Shown here: in pieces, positions 13,021-25,581 of the stretch | Numbering within the stretch: the first letter of the stretch is position 1 | How the letters are laid out: each line of letters opens with the position of its first letter | Origin: Octopus sinensis | Lineage: Eukaryota | Reading direction: 5' to 3' | Length of the DNA stretch: 64,000 bases | Assembly: GCF_006345805.1 (NCBI RefSeq) | Contig: NC_043014.1 | Span: 46,438,001-46,502,000, forward strand | Notes under the pieces: generated by a model | What the model saw: only the letters and a program-made list of their open reading frames with translations | Told to the model about the DNA's origin: nothing | Databases searched by the model: none | Translations under genes and position numbers: made by a program

Positions 13021-14176
13021 GTAAGTATAACTATTTTCCATAATTTTTCAAAAAAACGAAGGCTTTGTAAATACTTGTTTAGAGGTTTATTATACAACTA
13101 TTTATTCATTGCTGGAACCATTGAAATCCCGATTTATTTTCTTTATTATAAAGCTACATGTGAATAGAGGTATTTTATCCCTTTTCCTATACTGTGATCC
13201 TATACATTTGATGTCACCAGTGAGATCGGGGAGGTCTCTAACCAGTCATGCTAGAAATGGCAGTTAAATTTTCCTTAAACAAGGAAGGTCACTGGATAAT
13301 GTTGTTAAAAGCATACTATATGGAAAATAGTGAGATGGTCATGTTCATATCACAAGGCAGCTCAACCGGGTCAGACCTTTGGCTAAACGATAATATTCTT
13401 TCATAAGCGTCCTATTATTTCTAGCATGAAGGCACATGGCCTGGTGGTTAGGATGTTGCACTCCTGATTGTGAGATCATCGTTTCAATTCCTGGACCAGG
13501 TAGTATGTTGTGTTCATCATCATCATCGTTTAGTGTCCGCTTTCCATGCTAGCATGGGTTGGACGGTTCAACTGGGGTCTGGGAAGCCAGAGGCTGCATC
13601 AAGCCCTGTCTGATCTGGCAATGTTTCTATGGCTGGATGCCCTTCCTAACGCCAACCACTCCATGAGTGTAGTGGGTGCTTTTTACGTGCCACCGGCACA
13701 GGTGCCAGGAGAGGCTGGCAAACGGCCACGATCGGATGGTGCTTTTTACGTGCCACCGTAAAATATTTCAGCAAAATATTTAATTCCGTGTTGCTCACTT
13801 CGACATCTGATGCGTGCCACACCATGCACCTGTACAGACATTGTCAAATTGATGGAAGGAGTGAGATAATGTACAACGCAAACATTCGGTCACTATAAAC
13901 GAATCGCCTGTGCAGGTTCTTCAATAAAAGGGTAAGGGCAAAGACCCCCTTCATTCATGACTGACATTGGGATTGCACCTAGAAAGTTACCCTCCTAGGC
14001 TGAAGTCCAGGCAAGGTTGCTTATGGAGGATCAGCAGTTGCCAATGCATACAAGCCTCCTCTTTCCATGCCACTGATGTTATCCAAGGGAAAGGCAAAGG
14101 GGCCGATACAGCTTGGCACCTGTGACGTCACATCTCATTTCTACAGCTGAGTGAAACTGGAGCAACATGAAGTAAA

Positions 14177-14388
14177 GTTAGTTAGTTAATTTTTTGGCTC
14201 AAAAAGCAAAAAGCAAGGCCATGTAGGGGGACACGGAGTTATGTACAGGGTGGTGTTCATGTAAAGAGTTCAGGCCACTTGTGGTCAAGGGAGGCTTTGA
14301 ACCAAGCGGTCGTCGGCATCTTCACCATCTCGTCCGGCAGCTTATTCCACGGATCCGCAACCCGGACGGAGAAAGCCCCTCTCCTTCG
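14177..14388 (-). mobile_element. Short 3' fragment of the same CR1-group LINE
   Basis: Reverse complement matches 42165-42380, including the (AACT)n tail. Interrupts a SINE. Confidence 0.88.
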
Positions 14389-14869
14389 AGTCTTGCTCAA
14401 GAGCACAACACACAGCCCGATCCAGGAATCGAACTCACTACTTCATGACTGTGATCCCGATGCTCTAATACAGGGCCATGCATCTTCACCAGGTTGTTCA
14501 GTAAGGAGCTGCAAAACTATCATCAGGAGAGTCCACTGTAATTGTAGCAAGTTTAACGGATAGAATAAGGCCAATCGTACAAGGCCCAGTTTTGACGATG
14601 TTTACTTATAGTAGCACTTTGTACAAAGGTTTTGTGTTTTGATTTTAATATCATTTAAAACTGAAAGACGTGAATGTTAAAAAAAGGAAAATTTAAACAA
14701 GAATGTAAATAAAAATAATGGCTAAAATTCATTTAATGTTAGAAATGTGCTTTGAAAAAACACTGCAGAAAATATTTTACTTCGAAGTGCACTTAATTTA
14801 TTTTTAGTTTGTGCAAATTCAGGGTGCATTAACCCCCACCCACCGCACGCACGCACACACACACACACA

Positions 14870-14907
<38 letters not shown>

Positions 14908-15766
14908 CACACACACAAACACACACACAAGCACACACCCGCGCACACACACAAACACACACACCAACACATATACACACACAAGCATACACACAAACAC
15001 ACATACACACACAAGCATACACACAAACACACACACACAAACACACACACACACACAATCGCGCACACACACAATGAGGGAGATGTATTTATTAATGATT
15101 TAATCAGTTTTAATGATTTAATCTGTTCCTGACGACATTTACTGTGACTGTAGCAGCAGCAGCATCTCTGATCTTCATTCGTTAGACAGACCTCATTAGC
15201 GCTTGATAATTGTGGCCAGCATGTGTGACACCCTGTGGTTCTGCCCGGCAGTTGATAACAGGGCTTTTCTGCCCGCATTACGTCATATTAGAATTCCTGT
15301 CAATTGATCTTTGAGTCAGTCTAGCTTGCTTCATGCACAACTTGTATCAGCTTAATTGCTCTTCAGCAATACTAATTAAAACTGCAGTTTGTTATCTTTT
15401 TCATTGCATCACAGTTTGTACTTTCAATCTAAAGACGGCTGCAGTGCTCGTTAACTAAAATATAATTAGAGTGAACAAAACCAAAGCTTGATTTTATTCA
15501 CTCGAGAATGACTGTGTAGATGTTAGAATACTTGTTTCTTCATAGCATACTCTTTTACTCTTTTACTTGTTTCAGTCATTTGACTGTGGCCATGCTGGAG
15601 CAACGCCTTTAGTCGATCTAGTAAATCGACCCCAGGACTTATTCTTTGTAAGCCTAGTACTTATTCTATCGGTCTCTTTTGCTGAACCTCTAAGTTATGG
15701 CGGCGTAAACACACCAGCATCGGTTGTCAAGCGATGTTGGGGGGACAAACACAGACGCATACATAC

Positions 15767-15810
<44 letters not shown>

Positions 15811-16365
15811 GACAGGCTTCTTTCAGTTTCCATCTATGAAATCCACTCACAAGGCTTTGGTTGACCCGCAGCTATAGTGGAAGATGCCCAAGGTGCCATG
15901 CAATAAGACTGAACCTGGAACCATGTGTTTGGTAAACAAGCTACTTACCACACAGCCACTCCTACACCTATAATTACATAGTAACATATGAAGTTGAAAG
16001 AATAATAATCTTTAATATAAGACAAGAGACTGCCAGTGGAGTCCTTCTGCAGGTGGAGAATAATTCAGTCCTTGCTGCCCCATTCAGGCAATGCATACAG
16101 GCTTAGGGGCAAAATGCTCGAGACCCTGATAGACTTATTGATGATACAGAAGAGTTCCTAACATTGTGACTGATTCAGAAGAGCTTGAAACCCCACCGAA
16201 TAACTCCTGCAGTTTCTGCATGGGGTCAAGTGGCTCCAATGTTTATTTCACTCAGTGAAAATACAGACTCTGAAAAAATTGATGTTAACCCTTTCATTAC
16301 CAACCTGGCTGAAACTGGCTCTGGCTCTGAGTCCAACACATGCAAGCATGGAGTAATGGCATTGA

Positions 16366-16585
16366 CCCTTTTGTTACCAACCCGGCTGAAACTGGCTCTG
16401 GCTCTGAGTACAAATGTCTTGTTTTCATAAATTTTGAATTCAAATCTTCCACCAAACCTTAGTCACAATTTATGTTCCTAACACTAGTTGAATGATAACT
16501 AAGTTATTTTACTAAATTCTTTGTTATAATCAAAGTAATTGAAAGAAACACAGAACATCTCAAAATAAATACAGTAACGAATGGG
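16366..16585 (+). mobile_element. piggyBac-like MITE family A (220 bp), preceded by a duplicated 5' end at 16289
   Basis: CCCTTTTGTTAC...GTAACGAATGGG termini with TTAA on the right; same body as 34262-34481 in the opposite orientation. Confidence 0.8.
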
Positions 16586-16801
16586 TTAAAAATTATATGA
16601 TGAATTTCTTGAGTCTGGAGAGAAAACACTAACAATTTGGTCTGCTGTAAATAATTGGATTTTAATATACCTAAAAATAGCCATGAATAATTCTAACGAT
16701 GCAGAAATATAGTTGTATTTTCTCCAGATAATTACTCATAATTTTGTTTATAAACTTGTATAACATAAATCATTTCATTCTTGATTGTTTTTCTCCTTTA
16801 G

Positions 16802-16844
16802 GTACAGAGAAAGAATCTCTCGTTAGACAGATTGGGTTTCAAAG
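16802..16844 (+). CDS. PIEZO: Piezo 43-nt exon, phase 1-2: (C)TEKESLVRQIGFQ(R)
   Basis: ttttctcctttAG acceptor and aag|GTGAGT donor. Matches the Piezo1 CSRWETLSRHIGVTRL motif. Phases fit both neighbours. Confidence 0.88.
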
Positions 16845-17126
16845 GTGAGTGCTTCAGCCTTTCATTCTCTGAAGTCTTTTGTTACCACCATGAAAAATGT
16901 TGGCAGTTTTGGGCGCTTTTTATAGCATCAGCACTGCTTTGGGGGTCGTCTTGTTATTTGCAAAGTGCAAGAGCGCAACCATGATGGATGCAACAGATTT
17001 ATTGTGAGCGGATGGTAAAGGAGTGAGTAAAAGAGGGGACGGTGTTGGGGGCAGGAGTAATGAAGACAGGAGAGGGCAAGGGGAAGAGTAATGTCAGGGA
17101 TTAGTTGAAAGGGAGTAGAGACAATT

Positions 17127-18723
17127 GGGTGGGTTAGATAGGTGGGCCCAGTGGTGGGGTGGGTTGAATAGGTGGACCCAGTGGTGGGGTGGGTTGAATA
17201 GGTGGACCCAGTGATGGGGGGGTTGAATAGGGGAGGATTGATGGGGTGAGTTGAATAGGTGGGGCCAGTGATGGGGTGGGTTGAATAGGTGGACCCAGTG
17301 ATGGGGTGGATTGAATAGGTGGACCCAGTGATGGGGTGGGTTGAATAGGTGGACCCAGTCGTGGGGTGGGTTGAATAGGTGGACCCAGTGATAGGGTGAG
17401 TTGAATAAGTGGACCCAGTGATGGGGTGGATTGAATAGGTGGATCCAGAGATGGGGTGGGTTGAGTAGGTGGACCCAGTGATGGGGTGGATTGAATAAGT
17501 GGACCCATTGATGGGGTGGGTTGAATAGGTGGACCCAGTGATGGGGTGGGTTGAATAGGTGGACCCAGTGATGGAGTGGGTTGAATAGGTGGACCCAGTG
17601 ATGGGTGGGTGGGTTGAATAGGGGGGGGGCAGTGATGGGGTGGATTGAATAGGTGGACCCAGTGATGGGGTGGGTTGAATAGGTGGACCCAGTCGTGGGG
17701 TGGGTTGAATAGGTGGACCCAGTGATGGGGTGGGTTGAATAGGTGGATCCAGAGATGGGGTGGGTTGAATAGGTGGACCCAGTGATGGGGTGAGTTGAAT
17801 AAGTGGACCCAGTGATGGAGTGGGTTGAATAGGGGACCCAGTGATGGGGTGGGTTGAATAGGTGGACCCAGTGATGGGGTGGGTCAAATAGGTGGACCCA
17901 GTGATGGGGTGGGTTGAATACGTGGACCCAGTGATGGGGTGGATTGAATAGGTGGATCCAGAGATGGGGTGGGTTGAATAGGTGGACCCAGTGATGGGAT
18001 GGGTTGAATAGGTGGACCCAGAGATGGGGTGGGTTGAATAGGTGGACCCAGTGAAAGGGTGGGTTGAATAGGTGGACCCAGAGATGGGGTGGGTTGAATA
18101 GGTGGACCCAGAGATGGGATGGGTTGAATAGGTGGACCCAGTGATGGGGTGGGTTGAATAGGTGGACCCAGTGATGGGGTGGGTTGAGTAGGTGGACCCA
18201 GTGATGGGGCGGGTTGAATAGGTGGACCCAGAAATGGGATGGGTTGAATAGGTGGACCCAGTGATGGGGTGGGTTGAATAGGTGGACCCAGAGATGATAT
18301 GGGTTGAATAGGTGGACCCAGAGATGATATGGGTTGAATAGGTGGACCCAGAGATGGGATGGGTTGAATAGGTGGACCCAGTGATGGGGTGGGTTGAATA
18401 GGTGGACCCAGTGATGGGGTGGGTTGAATAGGTGGACCCAGAGATGGGATGGTTTGAATAGGTGGACCCAGTGATGGGTTGGGTTGAATAGGTGGACCCA
18501 GAGATGGGATGGGTTGAATAGGTGGACCCAGTGATGGGGTGGGTTGAATAGGTGGACCCAGTGATGGGGTGGGTTGAATGGGGGGCCCAGTGATGGGATG
18601 AGCCGAGTAGGTGGACCCAGTGATGGGGTGGGTTGAATAGGTAGACCCAGTGATGAGGTGGGTTGAATAGGTGGAGCCAGTGATGGGGTGGGTTGAATAG
18701 GTGGACCAAGTGATAGGATGGGT
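17127..18723. repeat. G-rich minisatellite, 30-bp unit GGTGGACCCAGTGATGGGGTGGGTTGAATA, about 53 copies
   Basis: Direct inspection. Produces the 593-aa STHPITGSTY-repeat ORF on the minus strand. Confidence 0.97.
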
Positions 18724-18911
18724 CAGACTAACTGCCACGTCAGTATGGAATGGATAACTCCTTCTGGTTTCAAGACACAGTTTTTTTGTTTAGAAAGAAG
18801 CAGGGGCAGTCAGGGAAGGGTGGGCATAGTAATAAGAGGGAAGTGAAATGTAACATCTGGAGATTGTTGAGAGAGAGTTAGAGATAAGATAAGATAGTGA
18901 GGAGGTTTAAC

Positions 18912-19345
18912 TCTTCAGCATGCAGATTATCTTATCAAATGTAAATGCTTATTTATTCACATTGTTTTCAATTAAGCATGTATTATCTTGTAGCTTTCAG
19001 ATTTGGAATGATGCAGTTGTTTACTTTTAGAATGACATTGTGTCTGGCCCTCGTGCCCGTGGCACATAAAAGCACCCACTACACTCTCGGAGTGGTTGGC
19101 ATTAGGAAGGGCATCCAGCTGTAGAAACTCTGCCAGATCAAGATTGGAGACTGGTGCAGCCACTGGCTCTCCAGACCTTAGTCAAATCGTACAACCTATG
19201 CCAGCATGGAAAGCGGATGTTAAACTATGATGATGATGATGATGATTGTGGAGAAGGTGTAAGAGGCCAGATCTGGCTAATCTGAACTTAAAACAAGTAG
19301 AATATGCAGGCCAGATGTGGATAGTTTAAATGCTAAAGGGCTAAG
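18912..19345 (+). mobile_element. piggyBac-like MITE family B interrupted by an RTE-like retroposon (about 19045-19245)
   Basis: Both halves align by eye to 43198-43419; the insert carries the GTTGGCATTAGGAAGGGCATCCAGC motif and a (GAT)n tail. Confidence 0.7.
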
Positions 19346-20062
19346 TAGTGCTACCCCCATCCCTGCTGTTTCCTGTGTTATGACTGGGTACAGTGTTACA
19401 TGGATGAAAGGTGAGTTGGAAGTGAGTAATGGGAAGAGAAAGTAAAGGGAAAAATAGGATCAGGGATTAGTGAGTCATTAGATTGATAAAGGCCATTGGA
19501 ATGATATAGGCAGTGAGGAGATGGCCACGAAGGGATTGAGTAGTGGGGGATGCAGTGTTATAGGATGGATGTGAAGAGTAGTGCAGAGGAAAGATAGATA
19601 GGATCATGACGAGGGGGTGGGGTGGGGGCAGGTTTTTGTCGTTAAGGTAACATATCCAAGAGAGCAAAATGACAGGTGAGTCAAGGCGGGTAGATTAAGG
19701 TCGCCAGCAAGCAAACACCTCTTTAATTTAAGCAAGAGAAAGGATGAAAGACAATGTTGGCCCTTGGTGGGATTTGAACACAAAGTGTAGAGAGCTGGAA
19801 GAAATAGTGAGAATGAAGCATTCTGTCTGATGATTCAGCCAGTTTGCAATCAATACTTTTTTACTCTTTTACTTATTTCAGTCATTTGACTGCGGCCATG
19901 CTGGAGCACCGCCTTTAGTCGAGCAAATCGACCCCAAGACTTATTCTTTTGTAAGCCCAGTACTTATTCTATCGGTCTCTTTTGCCGAATCGCTAAGTGA
20001 CGGGGACGTAATCACACCAGCATCGGTCGTCAGGCGATGTTGGAGAGACAAACACAGACACA

Positions 20063-20099
<37 letters not shown>

Positions 20100-21144
20100 T
20101 TACAGGGACGTAAACACGGCAACATTGGTTGTCAAGCGATGGTGGGGGGACAAACACAGATACACAAACATATACATACATACATACATATATATATATA
20201 CACGACGGGCTTCTTTCAGTTTCTGTCCACCAAATCCACTCACAAGGCTTTGGTCGGCCCGAGGCTATAGTAGAAGACACTTGCCCAAGGTGCCACTCAG
20301 TGGGACTGAACCCAGAACCATGTGGTTGGTAAGCAAGCTACTTATCACACAGCCACTCCTATGTATCTTTTATTTTGTCTGTCTTCATGTTCATAGTTCA
20401 AATTCTGCTGAGGTTGACTTTGCCTTTCATCTTTTTGTACCAGTGAAAGAAAGAATAAAAAAATATACATACATACACACACACATACACATACAAACAC
20501 ACACAGACACACACACTCATATATGTATTCCTTTATTCTTTTATTTGATTGTCATTTGACTGCGGCCATGCTGAAGCACCGCCTTTAGTTGAACAAATCG
20601 ACCCCAGGACTTATTCTTTGTAAGCCCAGTACTTATTCTCTCAGACTCTTTTGCTGAACTGCTGGTAAACACACCAGTATCGGTTGTCAAGCGATGGTAG
20701 GGGGACAAACATTGACACACAGACATATACATATATTGATAGGATGGGCTTCTTTCAGTTTCCTTCTACCAAATCCACTCACAAGGCTTTGGTCGGCCTG
20801 AGGCTATAGTAGAAGACACTTGCCCAAGGTGCCACGCAGTGGGCTGAACCCAGAACCATGTGGTTGGTAAGCAAGCTACCTACCACACAGTCACTCCTGC
20901 ACCTATATGTATATATATATATGTATAAAGTTTTTAGAAAGTTTTCTTGGTACAGTCACTGTTAAAAAATGTATGTAATTAAAAACAATTATATAAAAAA
21001 TCCTAACAAAACAGGAAGACACAAATCTTTTGGATAGAAGTGTTTGTAATTATAAATACTTCTTTTCCAAGCAGTTTGTATGATTAATAATATTTCAAGT
21101 TAACACACAGACACACACACTTGCATGCATGTGTATATGTGTGT

Positions 21145-21684
21145 CTTTTCACTGTTTTCAACAAGGAGGGTGTCTGACTGTAGAAAAACTGCCTCAGTAT
21201 ATTCTATCCAACCCACAGAAAAGTGGATGTTAAAATGATGATAATGATACTGTTAAAGTGTGTGTACACACATATATATGTGCTTGACTAAATATGTAAA
21301 TGTACATATTTAGTCAAGCACATATATATATATGTGTACACACACTTTAACAGTATCATTATCATCATTTTAACATCCATTTTTCTGTGGGTTGTGCTTG
21401 ACTAAATATGTACATTTACATATTTAGTCAAGCACATATATATATGTGTACACACACTTTAACAGTATCATTATCATCATTTTAACATCCACTTTTCTGT
21501 GGGTTGTGCTTGACTAAATATGTACATTTACATATTTAGTCAAGCACATATATATATATGTGTACACACACTTTAACAGTATCATTATCATCATTTTAAC
21601 ATCCACTTTTCTGTGGGTTGGATAGAATATACTGAGGCAGTTTTTCTACAGTCAGACACCCTCCTTGTTGAAAACAGTGAAAAG
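21145..21684. repeat. Fold-back (inverted) duplication with internal triplicated ~111-bp unit
   Basis: 21145-21298 is the reverse complement of the right end. The hairpin core GTGCTTGACTAAATATGTA-loop-TACATATTTAGTCAAGCAC occurs three times. Confidence 0.92.
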
Positions 21685-22814
21685 CAATGTTACTTTCAGA
21701 GGGATTTTAATTAAGAGTACACTAAACTGCAACAGATATCACTATAGGCACAGGTGTAGCTGTATGTTATGAAGTTGGCTTCCCAACCGCATGGTTCTGG
21801 GTTCAATCCCATTGCATGGCACCTTGGGGAAGTGTCTTGTAATATAGTCTGGGGCCAACCAAAGCCTTGTTAGTAGATTTGGTAGAAGGAAACTGAAAAA
21901 AGGCCATCATCATCATCATCGTTTAATGTCCACTTTCCATGCTAGTATGGCTTGCACGATTTGATTGAGGACTGGCAAACCAGATGGCTGCACCAGGCTC
22001 CAATCTTGATCTGGCAGAGTTTCTACAGCTGGATGCCCTTCCTAATGCCAACCACTCCAAGAGTGTAGTGAGTGCTTTTACGTGCCACCGGCACAGAAGC
22101 CAGTCCAGCGGCACTAGCAACAACCTCGCTCAAATGCTTTTTCATGTGCCATCGGCACGGAAGCCAGTCAGCTGCTCTGGTAATGATCAAGCTCGGATGA
22201 TGCTCTTAGCACTGCACTGTCCACTGGCATGGGTGCCAGTCATCGAATTTGATTTGATTTCGCTTTTACTTGCCTCAACAGGTCTTTGCAAACAGAGTTT
22301 AGTGTCCAATGAAGGAAAGGTATGCATCATGTATATGTTGTGTATCTGAGTTTGTCCCCCACAACATCGCCTGACAACCGATGCTGGTGTGTTTAGGTCC
22401 CCATAAATTAGCGGTTTGGCAAAAGAGACTGATAGAATAAGTACTAGGCTTGCAAAGAATAAGTCCTGGGGGTCGATTTGATTTGACTAAAGGCGGTGCT
22501 CCAGCATGGCCGCAATCAAATGACTGAAACAAGTAAAAGAAAAAAGAATATATATATATATATATATCTGTGTGTCTATATGCCTGTTCCGCACCACCTG
22601 TCAACTGGTGTTGGTCTATATACAACTCCCTAACTTAGCGATTCAGCCAAAGAGACCGATAGAATAAGTACCAGGCTTTAAAAAAATGAATAAAAAGTAC
22701 TAAAATTTTTCAAGGCAGTGCCCCAACATGGCTACAGTCTAATGACTGAAGGTAGTAAAAGTAAAAAAAAGAAAGGATATATATATATACATATACATAC
22801 ATACATACATGTAC

Positions 22815-22846
<32 letters not shown>

Positions 22847-24639
22847 ACATACATGTACATATATATATATGTATATATATATATCATCATCATCATCATC
22901 ATCATCGTTTAACGTCCGCTTTCCGCGCTAGCACGGGTTGGACGGTTCGACCGGGTCTGGGAAGCCAGGGGCCGCTCCAGGCTCCAGTCTGAATCTGGCA
23001 GAGTTTCTACGGCTGGATGCCCTTCCTAACGCCAACCACTCCGTGAGTGGATTGGGTGCTTTTTACGTGCCACCTGCACAGGGGCCGGAGGGTCCGGCAG
23101 AAGGAGATGTGGGGGGGACGGGGGGGATTCGGCGCCTGAGAAGAGGAGGGTTGTTGTGGTGGTGATAGTTTTCGTGGTATTTTTCTTTTGATCTCTCTTC
23201 CAACCTGACCACGCCGTGGGCAGGAGCTGGTGTTAGCAGTGGACATTCGTTATCGTCACTGAGTATATATATATATATATTTATTCTCCTTATCTATGAC
23301 TATAGGTGAAGTTCCTGATTTAATGTTTGTGAAAAATCAATTTTTCTCTACATATCTCCAGAACTTTCTTAGTTTAGTGTGACTATAAATTCAATGGTCG
23401 AATAGAATGATTTAACTAAAAAAAAACAAAAAACCCTGTGGGAGATGATAAACTTTGTTATCATTCAGCCGCTACTTTTAAAAAAAACTAAAATAGTTCA
23501 TGACGAATTTATTCATCGTTGAGTCTTTATAGATTACCGGATACAGCGGCCGACACTCAGGTTGTGAATTGTAACAGATTTCTTTATAACAACTGTGTTC
23601 GCTCCATTCGCATCTATGTGGCAGGCTGGCTTGTGTTAGACTTATTCACTGTTTTGTTTAGTTTCAATGAAGCTAAAACCGAATGTTGAGTCATCTGTGC
23701 TTTTTAAAAGAGAACTAGTCTTTTGTTAGTACTATTGCTATACACAGCAATTATTGATCAGTTATCGGAATATGGCTTGCAATCACAAAATAGAGCCATG
23801 TAATAGAACAACTTACCAAAGTCGTTTGCCACACATTGGTTTTTTAAAAAAATTTTTTTTTTTTTAAACAAAAGTAAATGGTGGTGCCCCAGCATGGCCA
23901 CAGCTCGTGAGCTGAAACTAGATAAAATAATTAGATACTTACTCTTTTTTTATTTGTTTAAGTCATTTGACTGCGGCTATGCTGGAGCAAATCGACCACC
24001 GGGACTTATTCTTTGTAAGCCCAGTACTTATTCTATCGGTCTCTTTTGCCGAACTGCTAAGTGACGGGGACGTAAACACACCAGTATCGGTTGTCAAGCA
24101 ATGCTAGGGGGGCAAACACAGACACACAAACACATACATACATATACATACATATATACGACTGGCTTCTTTCAGTTTCCGTCTATCAAATCCACTCACA
24201 AGGCATTGGTCGACCTGAGGCTATAGTAGAAGACACTTGCCCAAGATGCCACGCAGTGGGACTGAACCTGGAACAAAGTGGTTGGTTAGCAAGCTACTTA
24301 CCACACAGCCACTCCTGCACCTATAACTTATAAGCATATACTTGCTTATGAATTCTGCTAATATCATTGGTTAATATAAGTACAAACTCTGGCTGTTGTA
24401 ATTTGTACTAATGTACAGGTACTTGTGTTTCATTTAGTTATTGAAGTAAATTTACTATTTGTTTAATCTAGAGTGTGTTGATCAAGGTAACCACTCTCAA
24501 TTTAGACAAATCAGTAATTTGGAAAGTCTTAAAACGCAAAGGTTCCAGAAAATCAATGTTTTATTTGTATGTAATTAATTGTTTTATTGATATTTTGATT
24601 AATTTTATTTAATTATTCATCTATTTTTTTCACCTGTAG

Positions 24640-25071
24640 GTTGGATGATGTTCCTGCCAAACACATTGCAAGACTAATTGGCCCAGATCTTTTAGTGTTT
24701 CTTGTTTCAATTGCTGTTCTAGCAATTTGCAGCAAAATCCTTAAGGAAGGCCCAAAGGGATCCGATCTCACCGGTATTGTTCATCCACAGAAACGTCGTG
24801 TTCATAAAATCCTACAGTTCAGCAAAATTACATTGTTAATTTTGCTCTTAGCAGCCTGTAGCATCATAGTACCATCTCTCTTAAGTGCTTTCTACTTCCT
24901 CACTTTCCTTATTGCTGTTACCTTTTGGGCATTTGGTAATTCATTGGGACGAAGATTTTCAGGCTTCAAGTACATACTACTTGTTTATGCAAGCCTACAT
25001 CTGATCCTTCTGTATCTTTACCAATTCCCATTTTTCCAAGAAATTCTCGAAGAAGATTCCTTAGCTGCACG
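24640..25071 (+). CDS. PIEZO: Piezo 432-nt exon, phase 2-2: (R)LDDVPAKHIARLIGPDLLVF...PSLLSAFYFLTF...HLILLYLYQFPFFQEILEEDSLAA(R)
   Basis: cacctgtAG acceptor and cg|GTAAGT donor. Contains Piezo-typical RL(I/V)xPD, PSxxSxxY and HLIxLYxYQ motifs with several TM helices. Confidence 0.95.
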
Positions 25072-25108
25072 GTAAGTACAGTCAAAATTTCTCAATGTAT
25101 ATTTTTAA

Positions 25109-25329
25109 CCCTTTTGTCACTGTATTTATTTTGAGATGCTCTGTGTTTCTTTCAATTACTTTAAATATAACAAAGAATTTAGTAAAAGAACTTAGTTATA
25201 ATTCCGCTAGTGTTAGGAACAGAAATTGTGACCAAGGTTTGGTGGAAGATTTTAATTCAAAACTTATGAAAACAAGATATTTGTACTACAGAGCCAGAGG
25301 CGGTTTCAGCTGGGTTGGTATTAAAAGGG
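25109..25329 (-). mobile_element. piggyBac-like MITE family A
   Basis: TTAA|CCCTTTT...AAAAGGG|TTAA; starts 38 bp after the Piezo exon donor. Confidence 0.85.
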
Positions 25330-25360
25330 TTAAGAATTGTTTCTCTATTATATATTTTAA

Positions 25361-25581
25361 TCCATTCGTTACCGTATTTATTTTGAGATGCTCTGTGCTT
25401 CTTTCAATTAACTTTAAATATAACAAAGAATTTAGTAAAAGAACTTAGTTATCATTCAGCTAGTGTTAGGAACATAAATTGTGACTTAGGTTTGGTGGAA
25501 GATTTTAATTCCAAACTTATGAAAACAAGACCTTTGTACTCAGAGCCAGAGGTGGTTTCATCAGTGTTGGTCACGAAAGGG
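25361..25581 (-). mobile_element. piggyBac-like MITE family A (second copy of tandem pair)
   Basis: TTAA|TCCATTCGTTAC...TCACGAAAGGG|TTAA; body highly similar to the adjacent copy. Confidence 0.85.

Noticed and set aside
16928-18709. 593-aa minus-strand mucin/extensin-like ORF
   Set aside because: It is the translation of a 30-bp minisatellite (unit divisible by 3, no stop in that frame). It switches repeat register mid-way, has no signal peptide or splice support, and is antisense within a Piezo intron.
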